DNA of 16,048 bases from Archangium sp. (GCA_031367385.1 JANLPS010000214.1:1-16048), one strand, 5' to 3'; counted from the first letter of the stretch, positions 6,797 to 15,727 are shown. The notes: generated by a model from the letters alone, not told the origin. A program made the numbers and translations.

Positions 6797-7854
6797 TTCA
6801 ATTCTTGATCGATGACCTTGGCGAACTCGGTGAACGGCTGCGCGCCCGAGATCATCACGCCGTTGATGAAGAACGCCGGAGTGCCATTCACGCCGACCTT
6901 CTTGCCCGCCTCGGTGTCGGCATCGACCTTCGCCTTCATCTTGTTGCCGTCGAGGCACGCGTTGAACTTCTCGGTGTCGAGGCCGAGGGTCTTGGCGTTG
7001 TCTTTCAAGTCGGCGACGGTGAGCTTGGCCTGGTTGCCGAACATCAGCTTGTGCATCTCCCAGAACTTGCCCTGCTCTTCGGCGCACGCGCCGGCTTCGG
7101 CGGCCTTGGCCGCGTTCTCGTGAAAGCTCAAGGGGAAGTGGCGGAAGACCACGCGCACCTTGCCCGGGTACTTCTGCATCACCTCGTCGACCGAGGGCTC
7201 AGCACGGCTGCAGAACGGGCACTGAAAGTCGCTGAACTCGACGATGGTGACCTTCGCGTCGGCGGCGCCTTTGCTCGGGCCGAGCGCTTCGACCTGAAGG
7301 CGGGGCTCCTGGAGGAGCATCTCGTAGTTCGCCTTCTTCTTCAGGTCATCGAATGCCGCCGCCGCGACCGTGCGCTTCTGGTCTTGGGTCAAGAACCCGA
7401 TGATCTGCGGGCGCATGCTGTCGAGCGTCGAGCCCGGGGGCATCTTGTCTTTGTTCTCGGCGAAGACCTTGGCGATCGCCTCTTCGCTGGGGGCGGCGAT
7501 CTTGCCGTCGATGGCGGCCTTGAGCCACTCTTCTTCGCTCTTGCCGGCCTTGGTGGCCTCGTCTTTCACGATCGCCTGAATCGCGACCTGCTCGGCACCC
7601 TGCTGGCGGAGCTGGAACTTCTTCTTGTCGAGCTCTTTGATCTGGTCGCCGACGATCGCGTCGACGTCTTTGAGCTTCACTTCTTTGCCGCTGTAGCGCG
7701 CGACCACCATTTCAGGGTTCTCGGCGACCGGGGCCAACACGACCGCTCCGCCACCGGTGACCGGCTTGGCCGTGGCCGAGTCTTTGTTGCACGCACTGAC
7801 GAACAGCGCGGTGGCCGCGAGCGCCAGAACACTTCGACGAAGAATGAGGTTCAT
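6793..7854 (-). CDS. DsbA/thioredoxin-fold lipoprotein with an N-terminal helical (SurA-N-like) domain
   Basis: Lipobox VSAC, active site EFSDFQCPFC, FRHFPL, cis-Pro loop GTP, and ISGAQP. Confidence 0.92.
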   Translation of the reverse strand: MNLILRRSVLALAATALFVSACNKDSATAKPVTGGGAVVLAPVAENPEMVVARYSGKEVKLKDVDAIVGDQIKELDKKKFQLRQQGAEQVAIQAIVKDEATKAGKSEEEWLKAAIDGKIAAPSEEAIAKVFAENKDKMPPGSTLDSMRPQIIGFLTQDQKRTVAAAAFDDLKKKANYEMLLQEPRLQVEALGPSKGAADAKVTIVEFSDFQCPFCSRAEPSVDEVMQKYPGKVRVVFRHFPLSFHENAAKAAEAGACAEEQGKFWEMHKLMFGNQAKLTVADLKDNAKTLGLDTEKFNACLDGNKMKAKVDADTEAGKKVGVNGTPAFFINGVMISGAQPFTEFAKVIDQELK

Positions 7855-7894
7855 GCGCTCGGCCTTACGTCACGGTTTCTGCAGGTGCAAGACT

Positions 7895-10066
7895 TCAGGG
7901 CCGCTGTTCTTGATGCGAATGGGTGGGGCCTCCATACGCGCCGTTCCACGTCGCGCGGCCCTGGCTGATGCCCGGCAGGGGGAACCACTGAAAGCGGTTT
8001 CGGGTCTGCGCGAAGCGGGGGTCGCAGGTCGAGCAATCGGTGGCGCCCAAGGGCTGCGTTCGACTCATGACCGCGATACCGCCATTGCCGATTTCAAAGG
8101 CCGCGATGTGGTCGACGTCAGCGAGCTCGCATTGAAAGAGCGATCGGCCTTTGAACGGGTCGACGCCCACGACCGCCGACATCGCGCCCGGTACGTCGTT
8201 CTCTTCGAGTGCGACCACCATCGGCTTGGTGCCATTCGAGGTGGCCCACCGGGCGGCGTGAACGTTGCCCCCAAATGGGCCGTGCATAGGGGGGTGAACG
8301 AACCACCCGACCTCGCTCGCGTACCGAAACCCGTACAGGTCACCCCCGTGCACGAAGAGACGGGTCGAGTTGCTGAGCACACCGAGGCCAAAGGCATCGA
8401 ATGAAGGGCGGTCTTCAATCAGCTCTCCAGTCGCGGCCGAGAGCACTTCGCCTGAGTGCTCGAGCTCAACGCGGCCGTCTCCGACAGCGAGCTCTCCGAC
8501 GGGCAAATTGGCTCGCTTCCACTTCACCGTGGCATTGGCGGTGAACGCCACCAACACGCTGCACCGGCTGCCGATGCAGACCACACCATCGGGCAGAGGG
8601 CTCGCCGGGTTGCTGGTGCCACTGAAAGCGAAGTGCACATAGAGATCACCAGCGGTGTCGACCGCCAGGCCGAACGAGTGTGGGTGACTGCATTGTTGAA
8701 AGATGGGGTCTTCGAGGGTGCGGGCGGCCTTGACTTGGCCTTGGCCGTCGACCACCACGAAGCTGAACCGGCGGCACCCGGTGTCGGCGCCATCGGCTTG
8801 CGTGGTGCGACTCTCGAACAAGATGCCGAACCGGCTCGACGAGAGCTGAAAGACCCGCGCCAGAAAGGTTTCGTAGTGCTCCGCCGGCAGATTGGGCAAG
8901 ACGGTTTTGACGTCGGTGAAGCGCCAGACCTCTGCGCCAGTGGCGAGGTCGAAGGCGGTCACGCCCCCCGCGGGGATGTCGGCGCAGACCAGCTGCTGGC
9001 CCCAGACGATGCAGCGGCGGGCCGAGAGCGGCATGCTGATCTTATTGGGCTTGTTCGCGTGCAGGCGCGGTGAGGTGACGAAGTAACTCGAGAGCACGAT
9101 GTCGTCGCCGTTGGCGATCATCATGTCGCTCCACGCATCGCCCGGGCCGCCATCGGGCAGGTGACCGTCTTCGTCCCAAGTCGCGGTGAGGGTCGTGGGC
9201 GCGGGTTGATCGCAGATGTCGTTCACGCAGTGGCCAGCCGCTCGGCAGGGAGTGGCTTCGGCGCAGATGAACCCTTCAGGTGGGTCGCGCTCGACGCAGA
9301 GCCCCGCGAAGCAGACGTCGGCTTTGGTACACGAGCGCTGGGTGCCGCACGGCGTGCCGTCTTCGACCGGCGTGAGCGTGCACCCCGTGGCGGAGTCGCA
9401 GCTGCCGGCCTGGCATTCTCCGGCGCCGGGGCAGATCAGGGGCGAGTGTGTACAGCCGACGCCGGGCTCGCACGAGTCGGCGGTGCAGTGATCTGAGTCA
9501 TCGCAGCGCAGGGGTTGCCCGCGGCAGACGCCGTCGACGCACTGTGCGGCCTCGAGGCACTCGGTGGGGCTGCCGCAGGGGGTGCCGTCAGTGGCCGAGG
9601 TCTCGACGCAGGTGCCCGATTCGGTCGAGAGCGCGCTCACGTGGCAGGCATCGCGGGGGTGGCATTCGACGAGCTGGCCGACTCCGCGCAAGGCAATGAT
9701 CGCGACGGGCTTCTCGGCGACTGACAGCACGAGATCAGCGGTGAATTCGCGCGCTTCGAGCGGGGCGAAGGAGATGGCGACCCCGTTCGCGCCCGGGGTG
9801 AAGCGGGTGGCGGTCTTCAAGGTGAAAGGAGTACCGGAGAGGTCGCTCCAAGTGACATCGACCGTGGTTTTGCCATCGTTCTCGACGTTGATGGCTTTCG
9901 CGAGGGTCTGGCCCAGGGCCGCAACGCCGAAATCGACACCTTGGGTGTCGACTCGCAGCGGCGAAGTGACCGTGCTGATGCCCGGGTCGCGGCAACTGGC
10001 CAAGACAAGAACAAGCAGAACCCCACTGGTCACCACACGGCGCTGGTGGGTGTTCTGACGTCGCAT
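7895..10066 (-). CDS. Large cysteine-rich surface lipoprotein: Ig-like (ASH-type) domain, Cys repeats and a C-terminal PQQ-like beta-propeller region
   Basis: Lipobox LASC, VDFGVAALGQT...VENDG...F.P Ig-like segment, repeated DGTPC and CDDSDHCTADSC units, and AFDLATGAEVWRF / VKWKR propeller-like motifs. Confidence 0.85.
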   Translation of the reverse strand: MRRQNTHQRRVVTSGVLLVLVLASCRDPGISTVTSPLRVDTQGVDFGVAALGQTLAKAINVENDGKTTVDVTWSDLSGTPFTLKTATRFTPGANGVAISFAPLEAREFTADLVLSVAEKPVAIIALRGVGQLVECHPRDACHVSALSTESGTCVETSATDGTPCGSPTECLEAAQCVDGVCRGQPLRCDDSDHCTADSCEPGVGCTHSPLICPGAGECQAGSCDSATGCTLTPVEDGTPCGTQRSCTKADVCFAGLCVERDPPEGFICAEATPCRAAGHCVNDICDQPAPTTLTATWDEDGHLPDGGPGDAWSDMMIANGDDIVLSSYFVTSPRLHANKPNKISMPLSARRCIVWGQQLVCADIPAGGVTAFDLATGAEVWRFTDVKTVLPNLPAEHYETFLARVFQLSSSRFGILFESRTTQADGADTGCRRFSFVVVDGQGQVKAARTLEDPIFQQCSHPHSFGLAVDTAGDLYVHFAFSGTSNPASPLPDGVVCIGSRCSVLVAFTANATVKWKRANLPVGELAVGDGRVELEHSGEVLSAATGELIEDRPSFDAFGLGVLSNSTRLFVHGGDLYGFRYASEVGWFVHPPMHGPFGGNVHAARWATSNGTKPMVVALEENDVPGAMSAVVGVDPFKGRSLFQCELADVDHIAAFEIGNGGIAVMSRTQPLGATDCSTCDPRFAQTRNRFQWFPLPGISQGRATWNGAYGGPTHSHQEQRP

Positions 10067-10206
10067 CGCGTTGGCGGAGTCTCGAGGGTTCTACAAAAGT
10101 TTGAAAGGGCCGAGGGTCAACCCCACGTTCGGAGCGCCGGTCTCAGGGCCCATCCATCGAATCGTTACAGCGCGTGACACGCCGCTCCGGCTATAGGGGT
10201 GCCTTC

Positions 10207-11547
10207 ATGCGCGGGCCACTCCACGTTGCAGCGGTCATCGCCGCCTTGGTCGGTTGCGCTCCGAGTGCGCTCGTCTCGGTCGACGACCCGACGGGAGTGC
10301 CCGATGCCTCGATGACGCCGCCTGACGCAGGCTCGCGTTCTGACGCTGGCGAGGTCAGCGACGCGTCGGCCGACGCGGGGCCAGCGCAGTGTGTCAGCGG
10401 TGACGCAGGCGTCGCAGACTATTCTCCCCGCTACGCCTTCGTGCGGAGTGACGCTGGCGCCCAGGACAAAGCGTTCTACCTGCTGACCCTCTTCGATGCC
10501 GACCAGCGCATTCAGGAGGCCTTTCGCCGCAACCAGACCCTCGCGGCGCTGGGGGCCGACCATGAGGCAGCCTTTCGCGCGGCGACGATGGCGTGCGGTG
10601 ACGATGTCGGGTGCTATCGCAGCGCCCTCACCCTCAACCCAGACGAGGTGGCGCGGGTCGCGGCGGCGCTCCCACTCGCGTTGGGCCCGTGCGAGCTGAG
10701 TCGGCTCGTTCAGACCCACCTGCGGCCCTCCGGCCTCTTCGCGCTTCACGCCGGCAGCACCGATTCGGCCCTCTTGACCCAAGCCTGGGCCGACGCGGCC
10801 ACCGCGCTCGCGGGTGGCTTCGAGAAGTACGTCGCCTCGCTCGACGGCGCGACGGTGCGGGCGCTCGTCTCACGGCTTCGAACCGACCTCGATCGGCCCT
10901 TGGCCTTCTATGAGCCGCAGCTTCGCGTCGTCATCGCCGGGCTCGCACAGCAGGGCCGCGATGAAGCGGTTCGCTATGACCCGCTCGAGACTGGCCAGAA
11001 CGCAGCGGCCCTCGCCCATCTCTCGTCAATCGTCTGGTCAGACTACTCGTTCACCGTGATGCTCGTGCCCGGTCAGGGCCCCGAGAATTCAGACCCGCTG
11101 AGCCCCATCGGTCGAGCGCGCTGTGATCTCGCGGCCACGGCGTTCGCCAAGAAGCGCGCTGCGTTGCTGCTGCTCAGCGGAGGCCATGTACACCCCGATC
11201 GCACTTCGTACGCCGAGGCGGTCGAGATGAAGAAGTACCTGATGACCGCAAAGGGCGTACCCGAGTCGGCGATCTTGATCGACCCATACGCGCGGCACAC
11301 CACGACGAACCTCCGCAATCTCGCCCGAGCGATTTTTCGGCTTGGCATACCCGCTGATCGAAAGGCGGTGGTGATGAGCGACCCCGTTCAGAGCCTGATC
11401 ATCACCTACCAGACCCCCAAAGATTGCCGCGAAAGCCTCGGGTACGAGCCGTTCACCGCGATGACCCGGCTCAATGCGAACGAAGTGTCGCTGCTGCCGG
11501 CCCAAGTCGCGCTGCAGGCCGACGGTCGAGACCTGTTAGACCCCTGA
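10207..11547 (+). CDS. YdcF/DUF218 (ElyC/SanA-like) family lipoprotein with a long N-terminal helical region
   Basis: ATG at 10207 gives MRGPLHVAAVIAALVGC (lipobox). A DAG/DAS-rich linker follows, then LLSGGHVHP...EAVEMKKYL...GVPESAILIDPYARHTTTNLRN. Confidence 0.88.
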   Translation: MRGPLHVAAVIAALVGCAPSALVSVDDPTGVPDASMTPPDAGSRSDAGEVSDASADAGPAQCVSGDAGVADYSPRYAFVRSDAGAQDKAFYLLTLFDADQRIQEAFRRNQTLAALGADHEAAFRAATMACGDDVGCYRSALTLNPDEVARVAAALPLALGPCELSRLVQTHLRPSGLFALHAGSTDSALLTQAWADAATALAGGFEKYVASLDGATVRALVSRLRTDLDRPLAFYEPQLRVVIAGLAQQGRDEAVRYDPLETGQNAAALAHLSSIVWSDYSFTVMLVPGQGPENSDPLSPIGRARCDLAATAFAKKRAALLLLSGGHVHPDRTSYAEAVEMKKYLMTAKGVPESAILIDPYARHTTTNLRNLARAIFRLGIPADRKAVVMSDPVQSLIITYQTPKDCRESLGYEPFTAMTRLNANEVSLLPAQVALQADGRDLLDP

Positions 11548-11553
11548 AGGCCG

Positions 11554-12492
11554 TTACGCGGCGCTGGGGGCCAACACGCCCGCCAGGTCGGCGAACTCGA
11601 GCTCAGCCATCGACACATCGCGTGACCGCGCCCGCACGACTTCGTAGTTCTGCGGGTCAGCCAACACCTTTGCGACCAGCCGCTGGTTCAACGCGTGCCC
11701 GGTCTTGTGGGCCGTCAGCGCCCCAATCACCGGCCGCCCGAGCAGCGACACATCGCCCAGCGCGTCGAGCAATTTGTGGCGCACGAACTCGTCGGGAAAA
11801 CGGAGCCCCTCGGGGTTCAGAATCGAAAAATCATCGACGACCACCGCGTTCTGCAGCGAGCCACCCTGCGCGAGCCCGAGCGAACGCAGCTTGTCGACGT
11901 CACGCAAGAACCCGAACGTGCGCGCCGGAGCGACCTCGCGAACGAAGCTGCGATCGCTGAACTCGACCGTGAACTGCTGGTCTGAAATCAGCGGGTGCCG
12001 AAAGTCGATGGTGCAGTCGATGCGAAAGCGCTTCGCCGGCGAGAACGAGGCGTACTTGTCGCCGTCGACCACCGTCACCGTGCGCTTGATGACCAGAAAC
12101 TCCTTCGCCTCGTCTTGGGTGCGAATGCCCGCTTCGTGCACCATCTTCGCGAACGGAGCCGCCGACCCGTCCATAATCGGTACCTCGGGCCCGTCGAGCT
12201 CGATGCGCAAATTGTCGATGCCCAGGCCGCTGAGCGCCGCCAACAGGTGCTCGACCGTGCCCACCCGAACCGAGCCAACCCCGAGCGTCGTCGCCAACGA
12301 GGTGTCGACCACGAATTCAGACCTGACTGGAATGCTGGGCTTGAGCGGGAGGTCGACTCGCACGAAGACAAGCCCGTGATTCACCGGCGCCGGCGCCAAT
12401 CGCAGCTCAACCACGGCGCCGCTGTGAAGGCCGACCCCGCGGCAGACGACCGTTCGCTGCAACGTGCGCTGGTGGAATGAATCTCCCGACAT
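11554..12492 (-). CDS. lpxC: UDP-3-O-acyl-N-acetylglucosamine deacetylase
   Basis: QRTL...GVGLHSG, TVEHLLAAL, EVPIMDGSA, ARTFGF, EFVRHKLLDALGD and GHALN motifs. The start is placed at ATG 12492 (MSGDSFHQRTL) by family length. Confidence 0.97.
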   Translation of the reverse strand: MSGDSFHQRTLQRTVVCRGVGLHSGAVVELRLAPAPVNHGLVFVRVDLPLKPSIPVRSEFVVDTSLATTLGVGSVRVGTVEHLLAALSGLGIDNLRIELDGPEVPIMDGSAAPFAKMVHEAGIRTQDEAKEFLVIKRTVTVVDGDKYASFSPAKRFRIDCTIDFRHPLISDQQFTVEFSDRSFVREVAPARTFGFLRDVDKLRSLGLAQGGSLQNAVVVDDFSILNPEGLRFPDEFVRHKLLDALGDVSLLGRPVIGALTAHKTGHALNQRLVAKVLADPQNYEVVRARSRDVSMAELEFADLAGVLAPSAA

Positions 12493-12535
12493 GACTTTCC
12501 GATCGTTGCCCCGTGAACCGTGGCGCGTCGCGTTG

Positions 12536-12551
12536 AGCAATCGATATGCCA
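12536..12551 (-). promoter_or_regulatory. Putative sigma-54 (-24/-12) promoter of lpxC
   Basis: Minus strand TGGCATATCGATTGCT matches TGGCAC-N5-TTGCW with exact GG-N10-GC spacing, 43 nt upstream of the lpxC ATG. Confidence 0.72.
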
Positions 12552-12693
12552 TGAAAAGGTCACTTGGCTACCAAAAACCGCGCGGAATCATTGACTGGTA
12601 CTGGCGCACACCCGTCGAAAAACAATCAGGCTACGACATCTCAGTCACGAATTTCAGGGGTTTGCTGTGTGCCCCGCCCTGTACGCCGCCCGC

Positions 12694-13734
12694 TCACAAC
12701 AGCGTCCCTTGAGGATCTTTCTTCGGCGCCGTCTTCCCCAGGTACTCCCAGGCGCGGGCGGTGGCGGTGCGGCCCCGGGGGGTGCGGTGAATGAAGCCCT
12801 GCTGCAGCAAGAAGGGCTCGTACACGTCTTCAATCGTGTCGCGTTCTTCGCCGACCGCGGCGGCGATGGTTTCCACTCCCACCGGACCTCCGCCGAACAT
12901 CTCGAGAATGACCTGGAGAATCTTTCGGTCCATGTGGTCGAGGCCCGAGGCGTCGACGTCGAGGCGCTTGAGGGCGCCGTCGGCGAGGGCGCGGGTGATG
13001 CGGCCTTCTCCGTCGACCTCGGCGAAGTCACGAACGCGGCGCAGCAACCGGTTGGCGATTCGCGGAGTGCCGCGCGAGCGCTTGGCGATCTCCTTGCCGC
13101 CCTCGGGGTCGAGCTTCACCGCCAGAATTCGGGCCGAGCGGGTCAGAATGCGCTCGAGGTCTTCGGGCGTGTAGTACTCGAGGCGCTCCTGAATCTGAAA
13201 GCGGTCACGCAGGGGGCTCGTGAGCAAGCCGGTGCGGGTGGTCGCACCGATCAAGGTGAAGGGCGGCAGGTCGATCTTCATCGCGCGCGCGGCCGGGCCG
13301 GTGTCGATGGTCACGTCGAGTCGAAAATCCTCCATCGCCGGGTAGAGGTACTCTTCGATCGCAGCCGACAGCCGGTGAATCTCGTCGATGAAGAGAATGT
13401 CGTGCGGCGCGAGGTTGGTGAGCAGGCCGGCCAGGTCGCCCTTCTTCTCGAGCGCCGGGCCGCTGGTGACGTGCAGCCCCACGCCGAGCTCGGCCGAGAT
13501 GATGTGCGCGAGCGAGGTCTTGCCCAAGCCCGGAGGCCCCGAGAACAAGCAGTGATCGAGCGCCTCTCGCCGCGCCTTGGCGGCCTTGACGTAGACCTTC
13601 AGCTTGTCGACCACCTTCGATTGCCCGACGTAGTCGCCGAAGTGCTTGGGGCGCAGCGAGACCTCGAGGCGTTGCTCGGTGTCGCCTTCTGCGGTTTGCA
13701 CTTCGGGGTCGAGCTCGTCGGTTCTCCGTGCCAT
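12694..13734 (-). CDS. ruvB: Holliday junction branch migration helicase RuvB
   Basis: [13 protein letters not shown], Walker [10 protein letters not shown], Walker [39 protein letters not shown] and RTPRGR. The likely start is ATG 13734 (MARRTDELD, 346 aa). Confidence 0.98.
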   Translation of the reverse strand: MARRTDELDPEVQTAEGDTEQRLEVSLRPKHFGDYVGQSKVVDKLKVYVKAAKARREALDHCLFSGPPGLGKTSLAHIISAELGVGLHVTSGPALEKKGDLAGLLTNLAPHDILFIDEIHRLSAAIEEYLYPAMEDFRLDVTIDTGPAARAMKIDLPPFTLIGATTRTGLLTSPLRDRFQIQERLEYYTPEDLERILTRSARILAVKLDPEGGKEIAKRSRGTPRIANRLLRRVRDFAEVDGEGRITRALADGALKRLDVDASGLDHMDRKILQVILEMFGGGPVGVETIAAAVGEERDTIEDVYEPFLLQQGFIHRTPRGRTATARAWEYLGKTAPKKDPQGTLL

Positions 13735-13765
13735 TCGCGCGAGGGGTTGTAGCATGCTGCCGCCC

Positions 13766-14710
13766 ATGCGATTCGCCGCGATCTTGAGCCTGGTTTTCAT
13801 TGCCTCGAGTGGGTGCATGACGCCCCGATCGTTCGCGCTGCAGACGATGGCTGCTCCGCTCGGCCGCGGGGCCACCGAGGTCGGCGTGATGGGCGGCGTG
13901 GGCTATGCCTCACAGACCAACCCGCCCGTCGCAGGCGTCGATGGCACCGAGCCGGTCACGAACCAGGTGCAGAACCGGGGCTTCGCGCTGCCCGGGGCCG
14001 AGGCGAATGTGCAACACGGGTTCAACGATCACGTCGCGCTGAACCTGCACGCCAGCTCGGCGGGCATTCAGCCAGGCGTGAAGATCACCGTGAACACGTC
14101 ACGCATCGCGCACTTCGCGCTCTTGCCGGCGATTGCCCTCGGGTACGCGTCGTTTGGCAGCTCGACGTTTCAATCGCGGGCCGATGGGCGGTTGGTCGAG
14201 GCGAACCCGACGTCGACCACCAGCTTTTCGCTGATGGCGGGCCTCAAGATGCTCGTCTCGCATCGCAGTGGCGTGTACGGCGGTGTCGGGTACGACTTGA
14301 TGTTGCACCGGGTGTTGACCACGTCGGCGCCGAGCGCCTCGGTTGACCGCACCGAGTTCACCACGGTGACCGTGTCGCACCAGATCTCGGTCGCGATTGG
14401 CTTCGATGTCGCGTTCGGGCGCGTGCACTTGAGGCCAGAGATCGCGGCGGCGGTGTACCCGGGCATTTCGCAGACGTTCAACACCCGGGTCGGCGTGACG
14501 AACACCGATGTCGGCGTCACGGGCGGGTTTGGCTGGGCGATCTTGCCGGGGCTGGGCATCGCCGTGGCGAGCGACCCGGTGGCGGAGGTCACCGAAGAGA
14601 CCGCCAAGCCCGACGACGAAGAAGACGACGCGAAGACGCCGAAGCGCCGACGCGGTGATGAAGACGAAGACGAGTTCGGCACCAAGAAAAAACCCGACCC
14701 CGATGAGTGA
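13766..14710 (+). CDS. Hypothetical beta-strand-rich lipoprotein (possible outer-membrane barrel) with a charged C-terminal tail
   Basis: ATG at 13766 gives [17 protein letters not shown] (lipobox-like). Alternating hydrophobic strands ([31 protein letters not shown]) and a D/E/K-rich tail follow. Confidence 0.8.
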   Translation: MRFAAILSLVFIASSGCMTPRSFALQTMAAPLGRGATEVGVMGGVGYASQTNPPVAGVDGTEPVTNQVQNRGFALPGAEANVQHGFNDHVALNLHASSAGIQPGVKITVNTSRIAHFALLPAIALGYASFGSSTFQSRADGRLVEANPTSTTSFSLMAGLKMLVSHRSGVYGGVGYDLMLHRVLTTSAPSASVDRTEFTTVTVSHQISVAIGFDVAFGRVHLRPEIAAAVYPGISQTFNTRVGVTNTDVGVTGGFGWAILPGLGIAVASDPVAEVTEETAKPDDEEDDAKTPKRRRGDEDEDEFGTKKKPDPDE

Positions 14711-14748
14711 GCAGCTGCGCCCAGTGCGTCGCGAACCCTGAAAAGGCA

Positions 14749-15675
14749 TCAGGCACGGCAGGGTCGACGAAACGGGCAACGGGCGCACACCAGTGGGTTG
14801 GCCGCTGGGGGAAACGCTGATTCTGAGAGCGGAATGTTCTTGGTTGGTTTGGCCAGCACCGAGCGCATCGCGGCCACGCTCGATGAAAACAGCGCGTGAA
14901 ATCGGTCGATGGCGGCGCGGTCAATGGTCATCGGCTCTTCTCGCCCGGCGCTCAGCTTCACCACCTTCGCGCGAACGTGGGTGGCCGGCACGGCATGGCG
15001 GTTCTCGACGTACAGCGCGGCGCCCACGACCTGCATCTCGTGCGAGCGATCGGCGAGCCCGGTCTTCCACTCGACCAGATGCACTTCGCCGTTGGCCCGG
15101 TACGCGAAGTCAGGCACCGCGAACACTTTGACGCCGCGGAGCGTGTGCGACGACTTGCTCAGCTCCTGGTTGTCGACCTCGAGCCAGTCATCGGGTTTCA
15201 GGGTCTGCGCGAGCGCCGGCCAGCGCGAATCGAAGAACCACTGGAGTGCGTCGCGCGTGGTCAGCCACGCCTGCTGCCAGGCCTCGGCGGAGACCGACTC
15301 CGCGTACTCGTGCTCCATCAGGCCGTTGAAGTCGCGGCGAATCGTGTCGCGCCATTGCCGTTTTTCTCTCGAGCTGACGAAGTCTTGCCGCATCACCCGG
15401 TGCACGCGCTCGAGCACGCGGTCGGGCCGAACCGGGCGCCGCTGCCGTATCGCAGTCAGGGTACCGCGAATGGCGGCGTGGGCAATCGAGCCTGCCCACA
15501 TGAATCGATTCGAGAGCTGCTTGAGCACGTAGAGCTCGCGCTTCCATTGGGGGGCATCGGGCTCCCAGCCTCCCCAGGAGCGGTAGTAATGAAACCAGTA
15601 AGCGCGCCGGCACTCGGCGAACTTCTGGTGCCTGGCGTTCGACCAGCTGAATTCGTTGAAGAGCGTTTTGCCCAC
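14749..15675 (-). CDS. PD-(D/E)XK nuclease, RecB/AddB/Cas4-like with four Cys (probable Fe-S cluster)
   Basis: N-terminal FSWS...ECRRAYW, GSIAH, catalytic PD...VEWKTG, QVVGAALY, and C-terminal CARCPFRRPC. Confidence 0.88.
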   Translation of the reverse strand: MGKTLFNEFSWSNARHQKFAECRRAYWFHYYRSWGGWEPDAPQWKRELYVLKQLSNRFMWAGSIAHAAIRGTLTAIRQRRPVRPDRVLERVHRVMRQDFVSSREKRQWRDTIRRDFNGLMEHEYAESVSAEAWQQAWLTTRDALQWFFDSRWPALAQTLKPDDWLEVDNQELSKSSHTLRGVKVFAVPDFAYRANGEVHLVEWKTGLADRSHEMQVVGAALYVENRHAVPATHVRAKVVKLSAGREEPMTIDRAAIDRFHALFSSSVAAMRSVLAKPTKNIPLSESAFPPAANPLVCARCPFRRPCRA

Positions 15676-15681
15676 CGGGAG

Positions 15682-15687
15682 AGGTTA
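15682..15687 (-). promoter_or_regulatory. Putative -10 element for leaderless transcription of the nuclease gene
   Basis: TAACCT lies 6 nt upstream of the GTG start at 15675, with no Shine-Dalgarno sequence. Confidence 0.5.
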
Positions 15688-15727
15688 CCCACGGGGACTG
15701 ACATGTGACCCTTCAGCCCCGCGCCGG

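Noticed and set aside
6797..7087. N-terminal extension of pyrF in the ORF track
   Set aside because: It overlaps the DsbA-like gene in another frame and is Arg-rich junk. The GTG at 6796 gives a normal-length PyrF.
6451..7968. 505-aa plus-strand ORF and other long antisense ORFs (12667-13752, 14896-15708, 11705-12379, 4109-4735)
   Set aside because: They are shadows of well-supported opposite-strand genes. High GC depletes stop codons and they contain no recognisable motifs.
9180..9700. Repeated Cys-codon motifs as a DNA-level repeat or array
   Set aside because: The repetition is degenerate and explained by protein-level Cys repeats within the CDS.
12493..12552. Longer lpxC start at 12552
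   Set aside because: LpxC normally begins a few residues before QRTL, and this extension covers the sigma-54 motif.
13646..13875. Apparent head-to-head overlap of ruvB (from 13875) and the lipoprotein ORF (from 13646)
   Set aside because: Starts at 13734 and 13766 give a normal RuvB length and a proper signal peptide, which removes the overlap.
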